A DNA stretch of 64,000 nucleotides, taken from an uncultured Planctomycetota bacterium (GTDB lineage: Bacteria > Planctomycetota > Planctomycetia > Isosphaerales > Isosphaeraceae). The notes beneath the pieces were generated by a model. That model made no database searches, was not told where the DNA came from, and saw nothing but the letters and a program-made list of their open reading frames with translations. The position numbers and the translations under genes were made by a program. Position 1 is the first letter of the stretch. Every line of letters begins with the position of its first letter. Below are positions 20,796-34,155 of this stretch, piece by piece. Location of the stretch: the NCBI GenBank assembly GCA_963845755.1, contig CAWJTV010000039.1, positions 384,001 to 448,000 of the forward strand. Direction: 5' to 3'.

Positions 20796-23700
20796 GCCTG
20801 CGCGCCGATGAGATCCTCCCGATCCTGCTCCGCACGACCGGGTTGCTCGCTCTGTCCGTGCTGGCGGTTCGCGTGGTGCTTGGCCGGTTTTGCCCGGCTT
20901 CTCCCGCACTCTACCGCGCGGCCTACGCCCTGGCGCTGCTCCAGGGCATCCTGATCGTACGACTGTCCATCCCGTTGCCCTGGGGTGGGGGGCTGATGAC
21001 GAGCGATTCGCACGCGCCATCGTCCCTCTCGAGGGACGAACCGACGGCGTTCCCCGCCATGACGCCCACAACCACCTCATCGGGTGAGCACACGCAAGAC
21101 ACCGGACCGCCGGCAAACGTCGCGGCCCTCCCGACCCGCCACGACGGATCGGCCGCGATTCCTCGGTCCGTCGTGAACTGGCCGGGATTCCTCGTCGCGG
21201 GCTGGCTCGCGGGCATGGTCGGATTGCCGGCCCTGCTGCTCGTCGGTTACGTCCGGTTCGTCCTCGGGCTCCGCACCAGGCCGCCGGACGAGGCGGTCTG
21301 GGCCGAGGAGTGGTCGTCGCTGCTGGCCGAATGCGGCGTCCCGCGATCCATTACCCTCCGGGTGAGCGATCAGATGGGCCCGATGCTCTGCCGCATCCCC
21401 GGCGGCTACTACCTGATCGTGCCCGGTTGGTTGTGGCGCCGGCTTGATGCCGCGGAACGGCTGGCGATCCTTCGGCATGAGCTGGCTCACTACACCCGGG
21501 GCGATCTCGGAAAGTCGCTGGCGGTCCACGCGCTGGCGCTGCCCCACTGGTTCAACCCGTTCGCCTGGTGGGCGGTGCGGACGTTCGACGAGTGCGGCGA
21601 ATGGGCCTGCGACGACATGGCAACCGGAGGTCCCGGAACCAGCACCAGCGTCGCGTACGCCCGGGCCTTGCTCCGATTGGTGGAAGCCGGCCCTCCCACA
21701 CCTGCGTTCGGTTTCTCGGCCCGGGGCCCATCGCTGTCGACCCGCGTGCGGAGGCTCCTGCAACCTCGACCGGCTTCCGACCCGCTGCGGACACGTTTGG
21801 CTCGTCATCGGCCTTGCGATCGCACTCCTGGCGTTCCACCTGGTTCGTCCCGAGCTGGGAGCCAGGCCGTCTCGGGCGGCCGATCCTGAGGGCAACCGGT
21901 TCGACCTTTACGGCGATCCGCTTCCGCCCGGCGCGTTGGCCCGGCTGGGAACCGTGCGGTTCCGTCCGGGCCAGAGCGTCGAACGGCTCGCGTACGCGCC
22001 GGACGGGAAGACACTGGCCTGCTGGGACTCATCGAACACCCTCACTCTCTTCGAGGCGGCGACGGGCAAGCCGATTCGCCGACATCCCTTCGCGCAAGCC
22101 GGGGCTCACGTGCTGACTTACCTGCCGGGCGGCAAGTCGCTGGCGGTCGTCGGGTCGCACGACGAAGTCGTCCACTTGTGGGATTTCGCCTCGGGAGCGG
22201 AGCCAGCACCCGACCTCGGCCCGCGCCCGCTTCTGGGGTGAGGGAAGTCATGATCGGCGACGATCGTGAGAAATTCTCCACTTTCGCCGTGTCGCCGGAC
22301 GGCAAACTCCTGGCCGGCGGCAGCTCCGGCTTCGGCGATCGGGGCCGGATGATCCGGCTCTGGGACGTGGCCACGGGGAAACGGCTCGACGAGTTGAAAC
22401 CCCGGCGCGACTTCGAGCGACGGCCGAGTCACATCCTCTGGATCGCGTTCAGCTCCGACGGCCGGACGCTCTACTCGCTGAGCGGCGATCCTGGCTGGAG
22501 TCCCGGGATGTTCAACAAGGGAGGAAGTGGTATCCTCTACACCTGGGACGTGGCCCGCGGCGCGGAGGTCCACCATTTCGCGGTGCCGCTCCCTTCGCAA
22601 CAGGGGTTCCGGCGGACCCTAACCATCTCGCCAGACGGGCGGATCCTGGCCGTCGGGGCACCGACGAAGCCAATCCATCTGATCCGCCTGGCCGATGGCA
22701 CGGAGCTGCTGCGAATCGACGGCCTCGGGGGACGGGCCCACACGCTGGAGTTCTCGCCCGATGGGACGCGTCTCCTCAGCGGAGGAGAGGATCAAGCGGC
22801 CCGGATCTGGGACGTTGCGACGGGCCGGCCGGTCGGAGAACCGATCAAGCACCGATCCTGGGTCGAGGCCATCGCCGTCGCCCCCGGCGGGCGCGTGGCC
22901 GCTTCCGGCGGGCAAGACTATCTGATCCGGACCTGGGACCCGAACACGTCTCGGGAGTTGGTCCAGAGCCCGGCTCACGAGTTCTGGGTGGCGGGTATTG
23001 CCTTGTCGCCCGACGGCGCGACCGCGATCACGTCCTCCTGGCACGACACGATCCGGATCTGGGATGTGGCAACCGGCCGTCAACGTCGCGTGATCGGTGA
23101 TCCGGATGGGGCCGGTCGCCATGGCGCTGTCTCCGGACGGTCGTGTGCTGGCGGTCTCGGCCGGCCGGCCCGCAGAGATCCGCCTGTTCGACCCCGATTC
23201 GGGCCGAGAACTGAGGCGGCTGCACGGCCGCACACGGGGCGTCTACCAGTCGATGGCCTTCTCCCGCGACGGCAGCCGGCTCGTCGCCGCCGGCGGCGAG
23301 GATCAGACCGTGCGGCTCTGGGACGTGGCCACGGGCGAATCCCTGTGGATCATGAAACACGAGGAAAGTGTCCGCTTCGCCACGATCTCCCCGGACGGCG
23401 CCACGATCGCCGCCGCAGGCTGAGGACAATCGACGGGAGGCGCCGGCAACGTCATCCGAATCTGGGATGCGAAGGACCGGCCGACAGGTCCGCGAGCTCC
23501 GGGGACTCAAGGGATCGGCTCAACGCGCTGGTTTTCTCGCCCGATGGAAAACAGCTCGCGACCGGGGGGATGTCGGTTCGTGAAGGCGTTGGAGACGGCG
23601 GCCGTGGATCTCGGCTCTCCCGACTTCAGCGACTCGGTCCATCTCTGGGACGTGGCCACGGGGACCGATCTCCGCCAGTTCCCGGGCGAACCGGCCGAGT

Positions 23701-23957
23701 AGTGGGGCCGAAGCCGAACCGTCAACGCCCTGGCGTTCACCCCCGATGGACGTACCTTGATCACCGGCGAGGGTGACGGCACGATCGTGCTCTATGACGC
23801 GGCGACCGCGGCCGTGCGGGCCACACTCCGCGGACACCTCAATGGCGTCAGTGCTGTGTCCGTGTCATCGGACGGCCGGAGGCTGGCTTCGGCGGGCATG
23901 GACTTGACGGGCTTGGTCTGGGATCTGAACAGGGTGCTTACGCCGGCAAGAAAGTAG
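20792..23957 (+). CDS. M56 (BlaR1-like) metallopeptidase with C-terminal WD40 repeats (several indels)
   Basis: ATGA overlap with the repressor; TM helices, ILRHELAH, HWFNPFAW and EWACDD; then DLYGDPLPPGALARLGTVRF and many WD repeats over ORFs 21444-22241, 22178-23776, 23097-23423 and 23757-23957. Confidence 0.88.
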
Positions 23958-23958
23958 G

Positions 23959-25371
23959 TCAGTCTGGAAAGCCTGACCGACGTGGGGCCGCGACGGGCTC
24001 CAGGCGGATCCGGTTGCGGTACGTCCCCGCCCGGTGGCCGACGCAATCCCAGCCGCGGCCGACCGACGTCGCCGCCAGCGTGACGAAGATCGATGCCGGT
24101 GCCGTGGGCGAGGACGAGTCCGCCGGAAGGCTGAACTCGATGGCATTGACCGGCACGCCCCAGCCGGCCGTCGGCGAGAGGGTGGTGTCGGCCTGGGCCG
24201 CGTAATCGTCGAGGGAAAGCCGCGCGACGGCTCGCTCCTCGTCGTGGAACGTGATCGTGAGGGCCTGCTCGGGCTCGAGTCAACCGCGGGCTAGCGTGTG
24301 GAATGGACCTTTCTCGCTGTTGGACGCCTCGACGACGCGGAACGTCCGATCGGCCTCGACGAACGCAAACCGCGCCGGCCGGCCGAACGGATAGTCGAAG
24401 GGCCGAACCTCGATCCGGGCGCCCGGACACGGCGAGAACTCCAGAAACAGCCGGCGATGCCCCCGGACCTCGACGTCGCAGAACGAATTGAGATGCGAGT
24501 CGATCGGCCGGTCCAGCCGCGTCGCGGCCTCGAGCGCGATCCGGCCCGGCTCCGGCCCCGCGTCGACGCGAGCGTCGCCGAGCCTTGTCCTCGGAACTCG
24601 TAGAACAGGACGCACGATCGCTCATCAAGTCGCCGGCCGTCGCGGAACCGGGGCTCGGGGCCTTCACGATCCCGGCGCGGACCAGCACGGTCGGGCATCC
24701 GTCCGGGGATTGGTTCAGGAAGGTCAGGAGCGGCTGGACCGAGATCGTCAACGGCGCCATGCGGGCGATCAGGGAACCGTCAGAAGTCTGGACCATGGCA
24801 TTCGGTTCGAACCGGACACTCCCGGACGGCGTGTGGTTCGCCGTGTCGGAAAGCAACTCGATCGGGGCCAAGGGGATGTCCCGAGGATGGGTCGCGGGGG
24901 TGGGTGGCCGCAACGTGGCGGCGGCGCCGCGCCGGCCAGGGCCGACCCGATCGCCAACAGCAAACCCCCAACCCATCCCCGCGCGCCCGGCCCCCGCCAG
25001 GGACGGACCGCGGCCATCGCCATGGTGGCGGCGATCGCCACGGGCACCAGCCAGATCCCCGCCATCGTGATCGGGAACAGGATCCGCAACACGATGCACC
25101 CCCCGACCCAGGCCGCGGGCCATGCGGGCAAGAGTAGCCGGAGGGCCGCGATGCGGTCCTGCCGCAATGCGGCCAGCGACGCGATCGACAGTCCCAGGAC
25201 GACCGGCGGCGCCACGCGGTTGGACCAGAACCGCGGGTGCCCGAATCCAAAACCGCCCGGCGACAACCACCACCACGCCAGGGCCAGCAGACCATGCCCG
25301 ATCAGCACCATGAGCCAGAACATCCGCCGGATCCGCTGCATCAGACTCACGCCCGTTTCCTCGCCGCCCAT
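23959..25371 (-). CDS. Hypothetical membrane protein (several indels)
   Basis: About 5 N-terminal hydrophobic helices (ORF 24769-25371), then a soluble region across overlapping ORFs ending ...SVGRGWDCVGHRAGTYRNRIRLE. Confidence 0.6.
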
Positions 25372-25731
25372 TCCACGCCCCTTCCAGCTCGGCCCCGCCG
25401 GATGAGTCCTCTCGCCGTACAGGAGACGAAGCCTTCCGTGCGCAGGATCAGTGGTGGCACAGTTCGACGTTCGCCGATTGTTCTTTGTTCTTCAGACATG
25501 ATCAGAAATGAGGAATTCCGTATTTTTTCCCGTAGCCTTCGGGCGAGAATCCTTTATTACTGATCATGTCACTGAGGCACGACCTGTTTCGATTCGGGTG
25601 CGACTCACTCGCCCCCGTCACGGGCGGGAACCACGTCCAGCCCCCGTCATTGCGGCCCATGTCGGTGCGTTCGCATCGTCTTCGAGAGTCGATGGATGAG
25701 GTGTTGCCTCCCAACATCTGGAGATTTTCTC

Positions 25732-28700
25732 ATGTCTTCCTTAAACCCCAATTCTCGCCCCAGGCGCCTGTTCCGGCTGAGGGATGGCCTCGGGAACACC
25801 GACCGGTCGCGGACCCGCCGCAGCTCCCGTCTCGGACTGGAGCCGCTGGAAGACCGCGTCGTCCTGAGCAATTACACGGTCACGAACGTCGACTACAGCG
25901 GCACCGGCAGCCTGGGCGCCGCCATCGCGGCCGCCGTCACCAGTGATGATTCGCATGCTCAGATCGATTTCAGCTTGCCCGACAACTCGACGATCGCGCT
26001 GACGGCCAGCGACGCGGATGCGAGCAGCACCTACGGCCCGACGGCGTACGTCGTCTCGGGGAGCGGCGTCCATATCACGATCGACGGGTCGGGCTCACCG
26101 GGTCTGACGATCGACGGATCGGGCGCGATCCGCGTGTTCGCGGTGACCAGCCCGGCCTCGCTGACGCTGGAAGACCTGACGGTCTCGGGTGGCCTGGCCC
26201 AGGGCTTCAACGGCGGCGACAGCTATCATGGTGGCGGCGGTGGCGGCGGCGCGGGCTTGGGCGGGGCGGTCTACGACGACGGCGGTTCCTTCACGGCGGA
26301 GGGCGTCACGTTCACCAACGACGTCGCCCGCGGCGGGAACGGCGGGAATGCCGGCGATGGCGAAGGGGGTAGCGGCGGCGGCGGAGGTGGACTCAGCGGC
26401 GCCGGCCAGAGCGGGAGCGCCGGCGGGATTGGTGGGATCAACAGCGGCGGTGACGGTGGCAGCGGCAACGACGATGACGATGGCGATGACGGCGCCAATG
26501 GCGGCTTCGGCGGCGGTGGTGGCGGTGGGGGTTCTGGCTCCGAAGGCGCCGGCGGCGCCGGCGGCGCCGGCGGTTTCGGCGGCGGTGGCGGTGGTGGCGG
26601 TAGCGGGGAATCCCCTGGCAGAGACGGCTTCGGCGGCATCGGTGGCGGTAAGGGTGGCAGCGGATCGATTGACTCGGGCGGAGGGGGAGGAGGAGGCGCC
26701 GGACTCGGCGGCGGCATCTTCAGCAATGGCGGCTCACTCACCCTCGTGAACGACACCTTCACCGGCGACACCGCGCAAGGAGGGGCCGGCGGCACCTCCA
26801 TTACAGCCAGGGCAGTGGATATGGCGGCACCGTCTTCGCCCTCAACGGCACCTTCAACGCCACCTTCGACACGTTCAGCAGCAACATCGCCCAGGACGGC
26901 GCCGGCAACGTCCTCGATAGCACCGATATCTACATCCTCACCGGCTCGGTAGACTCCGGTGACTATGGTGGCGGCACGTTCGATGGCACCTTCGAAGATG
27001 ACATCTTCGGCCAGAGCAACGCCACCACCGCGGATATCGTCATCCCTGATGAGGTCAACACAGACGTCGTCCCTGACGAGGCCCTCCCCGGTTCAGGGTT
27101 CAGCGTGACTGCCCAATACGACCTGGTCAGCAACAACAGCCCACCAGCGGGGGAGGGGGCTACCGACGGCCTACCCACCGACGGGCCAGGCATGCTCATC
27201 GGCGTTGATCCCATCCTCTGTGGCCTGCGCTCCAATGGCGGGCCGACGCCGACGATGGCCCTGATGTCCAACAGCCCGGCCCTCGCCGCGGGCATCACGG
27301 CCGACGACCCGGTCACGGGCAACCCGACCACCACCGACCAGCGCGGTTACATCCGTGCGGCCACGCCCGACATCGGGGCCTACGGGGGCACCCAGGCCAC
27401 CTCGACCCTCCCGACGGTCACCGGCCTGAACCCGACCGATGGTCCGCAATCCGGCGGCACCTCGGTGACGATCACCGGCACCGGCTTCGCCACCGATACG
27501 GCGGTGGACTTCGACACCACGCCGGCGACCGACGTCAAAGTGGTCAGCGACACGACCATCACGGCCGACAGCCCGGCCGGTACCGGAGTCGTCGACGTGA
27601 CCGTGGTCACCCCGGGAGGCACCTCGGCTACCTCAACCGTCGATCAGTTCACCTACCTCGCCGCGCCCACGATCACGATCCGCCCGAGTGTCTCTGGACC
27701 TGGGTACGACCACGGTGGGGATGGCCGGGACGGAGCAGAGCTACACGATCTGTGGTGCGAACCTGACCGCCAACGTCACCGTCACCGCGCCAACGGGTGT
27801 CGAACTGTCCGACGACGAGGGCACCACGTGGAATTCCTCACTGACGCTGACCGAGAGCGACGGCACGCTGAACCGGACGACGATCGAGGCGCAGGATCGA
27901 CGCCTCGGCGGCGGCGGGCAGCCTTACCGGCTCGGTTGCCAGTACCAGTACCGGGGCGACCACGCAGGACGTGGCCGTCACCGGGACGGTCAAACGCGAG
28001 GCGCCAAGTGGCACCCTCGTCGCCTCGATAGCGCAGTCGTCCTACGGCGAGGACGTGACGTTCACCGCCAACTTCACCGCGGCCGCGGTCGGCACGGACC
28101 CCATGACCGGGACGGTCGCCTTCTACGACGGGACCACGTATCTCGGGACCGAGCCCCTGGCCAGCACGTTTCCACCCGTCGCGGCCGACACCCGCACGGC
28201 GACCCCGTTGCTCGTCTTTCTTGGAGTCTTCGGAATCGGCCAGCCTGTCAACCTCGTCCCTGGCCGTCGGCAGCCATAGCATCACGGCGGTCTACTCGGG
28301 CAACGCCAACTATGCCACGGCTACCACGGCGCCTCCGCTCGCGTTCCCGGTGGCCCAGGCCGCGACGAAGCTCGCGCTGGTCGATTCGAGCACGGCCCAG
28401 GGGACCAGGCTCAGCGCCGATGTCGTGGCGACCACGCCCGGCACTCCCAGTGTCGTCGGCTCGGTCGCGTTCTACGTGGACAACGCGAGCTCGTCGGCAC
28501 GGAATCGGTCGCGAACAGCGTCGCGGCCCTGAATGTCGCGACGCTGTCCCCGGCGCGCACACCTTCCGCGCGGTCTTCACCGGCGGTGCGGATTTCTTGT
28601 CGAGCACGTCGCAATCGACCGTGACGGCGACGGCGACGGACCCCCCGCAAGTGGCGAAGGTGTTGCGCTTCGGGTTCCACGACCAGAAGACCTTCGTGAT

Positions 28701-29184
28701 GATCGATTTCAACGGCCCACTCGACGCGACCTCGGCCGAGGCCATCGCCAACTATACGATCGCCGGGCCAGTCGGCAAACATGGGCACAGCAGCCAGCGG
28801 ATCAAGGTCGGTTCGGCCCTCTACGACGCGGCCACCCACACCGTGACTCTGGTCCCGACCGCGCGGCTGAACATCCACAAGACCTACACGCTGACGATCA
28901 ATGGGAGGACACCCAGCGGGGTCGCCAATCCTTCGGGATTGATGCTGGACGAGGTGGGCAACGGCGTGCCTGGAAGGAACTACCTCACGTCGCTGACCTG
29001 GAGGAATCTGTCCGGGCCGGCCCACGCGCTGCCGACCCTGCATCTGGTCGATGCGGCCCGTGAGGCAAAGGCGGTTGCCAGGACCTCGATCCAGCACGCC
29101 CACACGACCGGGCACCACGCGGCCGTCAACTACCTGCTGGAGTCGGGATTGTTGCGCGTGCCGAAGCACGATGCAAGGAGTTGA
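25732..29184 (+). CDS. Large planctomycete extracellular protein: LEPLEDR motif, Gly-rich beta-helix-like region, IPT/TIG and Ig-like domains (several indels)
   Basis: RLGLEPLEDRVVLS; GGGAGLGGA/GGGIF repeats; NGGPTPTMAL...DQRG...PDIGAY; PTVTGLNPTDGPQSGGTSVTITGTGF; GSHSITAVYSG. Confidence 0.8.
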
Positions 29185-29419
29185 GCGGGTTCTCACAACT
29201 TCGGAGTGAATGCCGGGGCGTTATCGAGCGGGATTCCCCCCCATGAATGCGGACCTGATCACCACGCTTCGTTCGACGCGGCGTCGGTTCGGCGGATTCG
29301 AAGTTGACTCATGATGTCGGGCATCCGGCTTCCCGACTCTCCTCGTCAGGACGATTGCAAAAAACGCGAACTGCTTTCTGAAAAACGACTTGCGCACGGC
29401 TAACCCCTGCTCCTGCCGG

Positions 29420-29448
29420 TTGCATGGCGCGGCGGTTTCGGGTACAAT
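29420..29448 (+). promoter_or_regulatory. Putative sigma70 promoter of the peroxiredoxin-kinase gene
   Basis: TTGCAT-N17-TACAAT, about 115 nt upstream of ATG 29564. Confidence 0.55.
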
Positions 29449-29563
29449 CAGGGTTTCAAGGAATCCAGCCGCTCGCTGGTCTACCCATGATGGGAATGCC
29501 GGCGGTTAGGGACTGCGGCGCGGGTATCCGGACTAGCCTGTGGAGAGGTCTTTCATCCCCACC

Positions 29564-30970
29564 ATGTCAACCCTGATCGGCAACCTGGCCCCGGACTTCG
29601 ATCTCCCTTGCACGCGGTTCGCAGAACCGGGACGGGAGCGGGTCGCACTGAGTGATTATCGTGGCCGATGGCTGGTCCTGGTGTTCTACCCGCGCGACTT
29701 CTCGCTGATTTGCCCGACCGAGCTGATCGGCCTGAGCCAGCGATTCGACGAATTCGCGGCGCAGGGACTGCGCGCTACTGGGGATCAGTTGCGACTCGGT
29801 CGCCTCGCACGAGGCGCTGGATCGCGACGCCGAGGGCCAACGGTGGGCTGGGGGGATTGAACTTCCCGCTGGCGAGCGACCTGGACGGGGCGACCGCCCG
29901 GAGCTATGGCGTCTACCTGGAACGGCAGGGGGTCGCGGTTCGTGGGCTGTACATCATCGATCCGGGCGGCCTGGTGCAGTACCAGGTCGTCCATAACCTG
30001 AGCGTTGGGCGGCGGAGTCAGGAGGTCTTGCGGGTGCTCATGGCCCTCCAATCGGGCGGGTTGTGCCGCGAGGACTGGATGGCCGAGGACCCGGCCTTCG
30101 ATCCCTTCAAGGCGATCCGGCCGGGGAGCTATTTTTCCCACTACATGATCGAGGCCGAGGTCGGCTCCGGGACGTTCGCGCGGGTCTACCGGGCGCGAGA
30201 CCTCCAGCTCGATCGGCCTGTGGCTCTGAAGGTGTTCAAGCCGGATTGCCCGGTGACGCCAAGCGCCGCCCTGGCCGAGGCCCGAGCGGCGGCCGCGCTG
30301 AACCACCCGAACCTCTGCACGATCTACGCGGTGGACGACACGGCGGGCGTTCCGATCATCACGATGGAGTACATCTCCGGCCAGCCGATCAGCCAGCTCG
30401 CGCGGGAGAACCCGCTGCCTCTCGATTCGCTCCTCTCGATCGGCCGGCAGATCGCCGAGGGGATGGCTGCCGCCCACGGGGCCGGCATCGTCCATGGTGA
30501 CCTCAAGCCGGAGAACGTCCTGGTGACTGCGGAAGGGCTGGTCAAGGTGCTCGATTTCGGGCTGGCGCGTCGACTGCGCCAGAGCCCGCCGGTCGCCTCC
30601 GATGACACGGCCGATCTGGGCCTCGCCGAGCAAGGCGCCGGGCTCTTCGGCACCCCCCGGTTCCTCGCCCCCGAGCAGGTGCCGCGGCGAGCCGGCCGGC
30701 CAGGCCAGCGACGTCTTCTCGCTGGGCCTCATCCTCTACGAGCTCGCGACCGGCAAGATGGCTTTCCCTGCCGGCAATCTCCTCCGGATCCTCGACCAGA
30801 TCCGCTCGGTCGAGCCCGAGTCCCTGGCCGCCGAGGCCCCCGAGCTGTTCACCCCGCTTCTTCGTCAATTGCTTGTCGCCGACCCGGTCCAGCGCACGAT
30901 CACTATGAGGGAGGCGGCCGAGTACCTGCTCGGCGCCTCCGAGCCCCCGGCTGGGTTCTCCGCGCTCTGA
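29564..30970 (+). CDS. Peroxiredoxin (AhpC/TSA)-Ser/Thr kinase fusion protein (3 apparent single-base insertions)
   Basis: APDF, FYPRDFSLICPTE, GGLGGLNFPLASD, RGLYIIDP, VGRRSQEVLRVL and GLCREDW, then in the same frame GSGTFARV, VALKVF, HGDLKPEN, DFGLAR and GTPRFLAPE. Confidence 0.88.
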
Positions 30971-31096
30971 GCGAGATTCAATTGTACAGAAACGCGAGAT
31001 GCGAGATACTTCTCCAGGTCGATCATATTGGCTCCGCGACGTGAGCGGGGCGACTCTCCCGATCTCGGGACACTTCAGAGTCGGAGGGCGACGATC

Positions 31097-34013
31097 GTGC
31101 CCCATTCGAACGCCGACCGGAATTTGCTCTTCGGTGTGCTCGCCCTTCAACTGGAGCTGATCGACGCTCGCCAGTTCGCCGATGCCTGCGCGGGCTGGGC
31201 GTCGCGCAAGGAGATCGCACTGGCCGACCTCTTGACCGAGCGGGGCTGGATCACAAAGGACGACCAGGACGAGGTGGACCGGCTCCTGGAACGGAAGTTG
31301 AAGCGTCACGGCGGCGACATCCACGCCAGCCTGGCGGCGGTCACCGACGAACGGGTCCAAAGCGCGGCGGCCGAGATCACGGATCCCGATCTGAGACATT
31401 CGCTTTCCCCGCCACCACGGGCGGGCGGGCATGTGCTGATCTCCACGATCGGGCACACACCCGAGAGCCGTGAGCGGTATACCTTGACGCGGTTGCACGC
31501 CCAGGGAGGGATCGGCCAGGTCTGGCTGGCACGCGACGCCGACCTCGGCCGCGAGGTTGCGCTCAAGGAACTACGGCCCGAGCGAGCCAGCCACCCGGAA
31601 ATCTGGGCTCGCTTCCTGGAAGAGGCGCAGGATTACCGGCCAGCTCGAGCATCCCAACATCGTCCCGGTCCATGAACTGGTCACGCCCGCCGAGACGGGG
31701 AAGCCGTTCTACACCATGCGGTTTGTCAAGGGACGCACCCTGGCCGACGCGATCCAGGCTTATCACCGTGACCGCGTCGCGGGTGGCGCCGGTGCACTCG
31801 GGTTTCAGGCCCTCTTGAATGCGTTTCTCGGGGTCTGCAATGCGGTGGCCTATGCCCATTCGCGGGGGGTGATTCATCGCGACCTCAAGCCACAGAACGT
31901 CGTGCTGGGCGACTACGGCGAAGTGATCGTCCTGGATTGGGGCCTGGCCAAGCTCGTCGATCGGCCGGAGGAGACGATGACCCCGGCGGTGTCGCTCGAA
32001 TCGGGCGAGGAGCGCGGCGAGACGATGCAGGGTCAGGTGCTGGGGACACCCGCTTACATGGCGCCGGAGCAGGCGGAGGGGCGTTGGGATGACGTGGGTC
32101 GATGCAGCGATGTCTACGGCGTGGGGGCAATCCTCTACGAGATCCTGGCCGGGCAGCCGCCATTCGATGCGTCGGATGTGGCCGTGATCCTCCGCCAGGT
32201 CGCCCACGAACCGCCCGTCCGCCCGCGGGTCGTGTGCAACTCGGCGCCGGCGGCACTGGAGGCGGTCTGCCTGAAGGCGTTGGCCAAGCGGCCCGGGGAC
32301 CGATATGGTTCGGTCCGCGAGCTGGCCGACGAAGTCCGGCACCATCTGGCCGACGAGCCAGTCTCGGCCTATCGGGAGCCGATATCCACCCGATTGACCC
32401 GTTGGGGGCGGCGGCACCGAACCGTAGCGGTCGCCCTCGGGGTATTGCTGATCAGCTCGGTCGTCGGGTTGACCATCGGTACCCTGCTCCTGGGACGCGC
32501 GAACGCGCGCATCGAGGACCAGCGCCGGATCGCCGAGGCCAGCTTCCGCAAGGCCCGAAAGGCCGTGGACGAGTATTTCACCAAGATCAGCGAGAGCAAG
32601 CTCCTGAGCGTCCCCGGCCTCCAGCCCTTGCGCAAGGAGTTGCTGGATTCGGCACGCACGTATTACGAAGAGTTCGCCCGCGAGCATAGCGATGACCCGA
32701 CCGTTCAGGCCGACCTGGCCGAGGCCTGGTATCGCGTTGCCTACATCACCAACTTCAAGGGCTCCGGGCAGGAGGCGCTTCCCCTCTTATCCAGGGCACT
32801 GACCCTGTATCGCAACCTCGCGCAACGGCACCCCGGAGTCGTCCGTTACCCCTACAAGGTGGCCATGTGCCTCAACGACCTCGGCATCCTTCAGTCTTCC
32901 GCTGGCTCATTCGACGAGGCGGCTCGATCGCATCAAGAGGCCCGCGAAATCCGCGAGAAGATCGCGAAGGAGAATCCGACCGTCGCGGAATACCAGAAGG
33001 AACTGGCCCTGAGTTATGGGAATCTGTCCGGTTGCCGTTACGACGCCGGCCGTATCTTCGAGGCGCTGGATTACGAAGCGAAGGGCCGCGACCTCCTCGA
33101 GACCCTCGTTCGGGAATACCCGGCCGTCGCCGATTACCGCTCTCGTCTCGCCGGTTCGTACAATGGAATGGGACGGTTTCTCAGGGACATCGGCCGGACC
33201 GGCGAGGCACTCCGCATGCATCTCCGGGCCGTTGATCTCCTGGAACAACTCGTCCGCGAGGACCATGCGGAGAGCCTAGAATTAAATGGTCGCCTGGATT
33301 TCCAATCCCACCTTGCGGCGTCCTATCAGAATATCGGCTTCATTCAATGCCGGGTCACCGACCAGGTTCCCGAGGCGTTGCAGTCCCATCGGCGAGCCCT
33401 CTCGATTCACGAGACCCTCGCTCGCGAAAACCCGACCGTCGATGATTACCAGGACCAACTCGCCTGGTGCCTCACGAACATTGGCTTGATCCAGGACTCG
33501 CTCGGCCAGGTGAATGAGGCGCTACAGACCCATCAGCGCGCCCTTTCAATTCGCGATCGGCTCGCACTCCGGCAGCCTTCGGTTGCCTGGTTTCAGAACC
33601 AGGTCGCGTACAGCAACTGGTATATCGGCCTGTTGCAGCGGAAAGCCGGCCGGGAGGACGATGCATTGCAGTCGCTCCGGAAGGCGCAGACGATCTTCGA
33701 AAAGCTCGCCGGCTCGAATTCGATCGACCCGTACAACCTCGCCTGTATCCAGGCCATTTGTGGCACGTTAGTTGGACTGGGCAAGTCTGAACTCAGTCCC
33801 GAAGAGAAGGTCCTGAAGGAGCAGTTTACCGACCGCGCCATGGCCATGCTCCGGGGCGTTTCCTCGGGCGGTTTCCACAACGCCGATTTCATCCACAACG
33901 ACCCGGATTTCGCGTCGATTCGCTCTCGCGACGATTTCCGGAATTTGATCGACGAGTTGCGCTCCAAGGCCAAGGCTGAGCAGACCGTTCACGCCGACGA
34001 GACCAACCGCTAA
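31097..34013 (+). CDS. Ser/Thr protein kinase with TM helix and TPR region (indel near 31630)
   Basis: DRNLLFGVLALQ N-terminus, QGGIGQV, VALKE, HRDLKPQN, DWGLAK, GTPAYMAPE and TPR repeats; paralog of 13470-16778. Confidence 0.92.
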
Positions 34014-34155
34014 GAAGCATTCTCTTGGCGGATTCATCGAAGCACTCGACAGGCCACAACCCTGGTAGAATACGAGACTCCGCGCGAAGGATCTCACCGC
34101 AACGTGAGGACTGAGAGAATCGCCAACAGGGTCTTATCCCGTTCAGGAACCGATC

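Noticed and set aside
26271..26801. Poly-proline ORF on the minus strand
   Set aside because: It is the antisense shadow of the GGC-rich glycine repeats of the extracellular protein.
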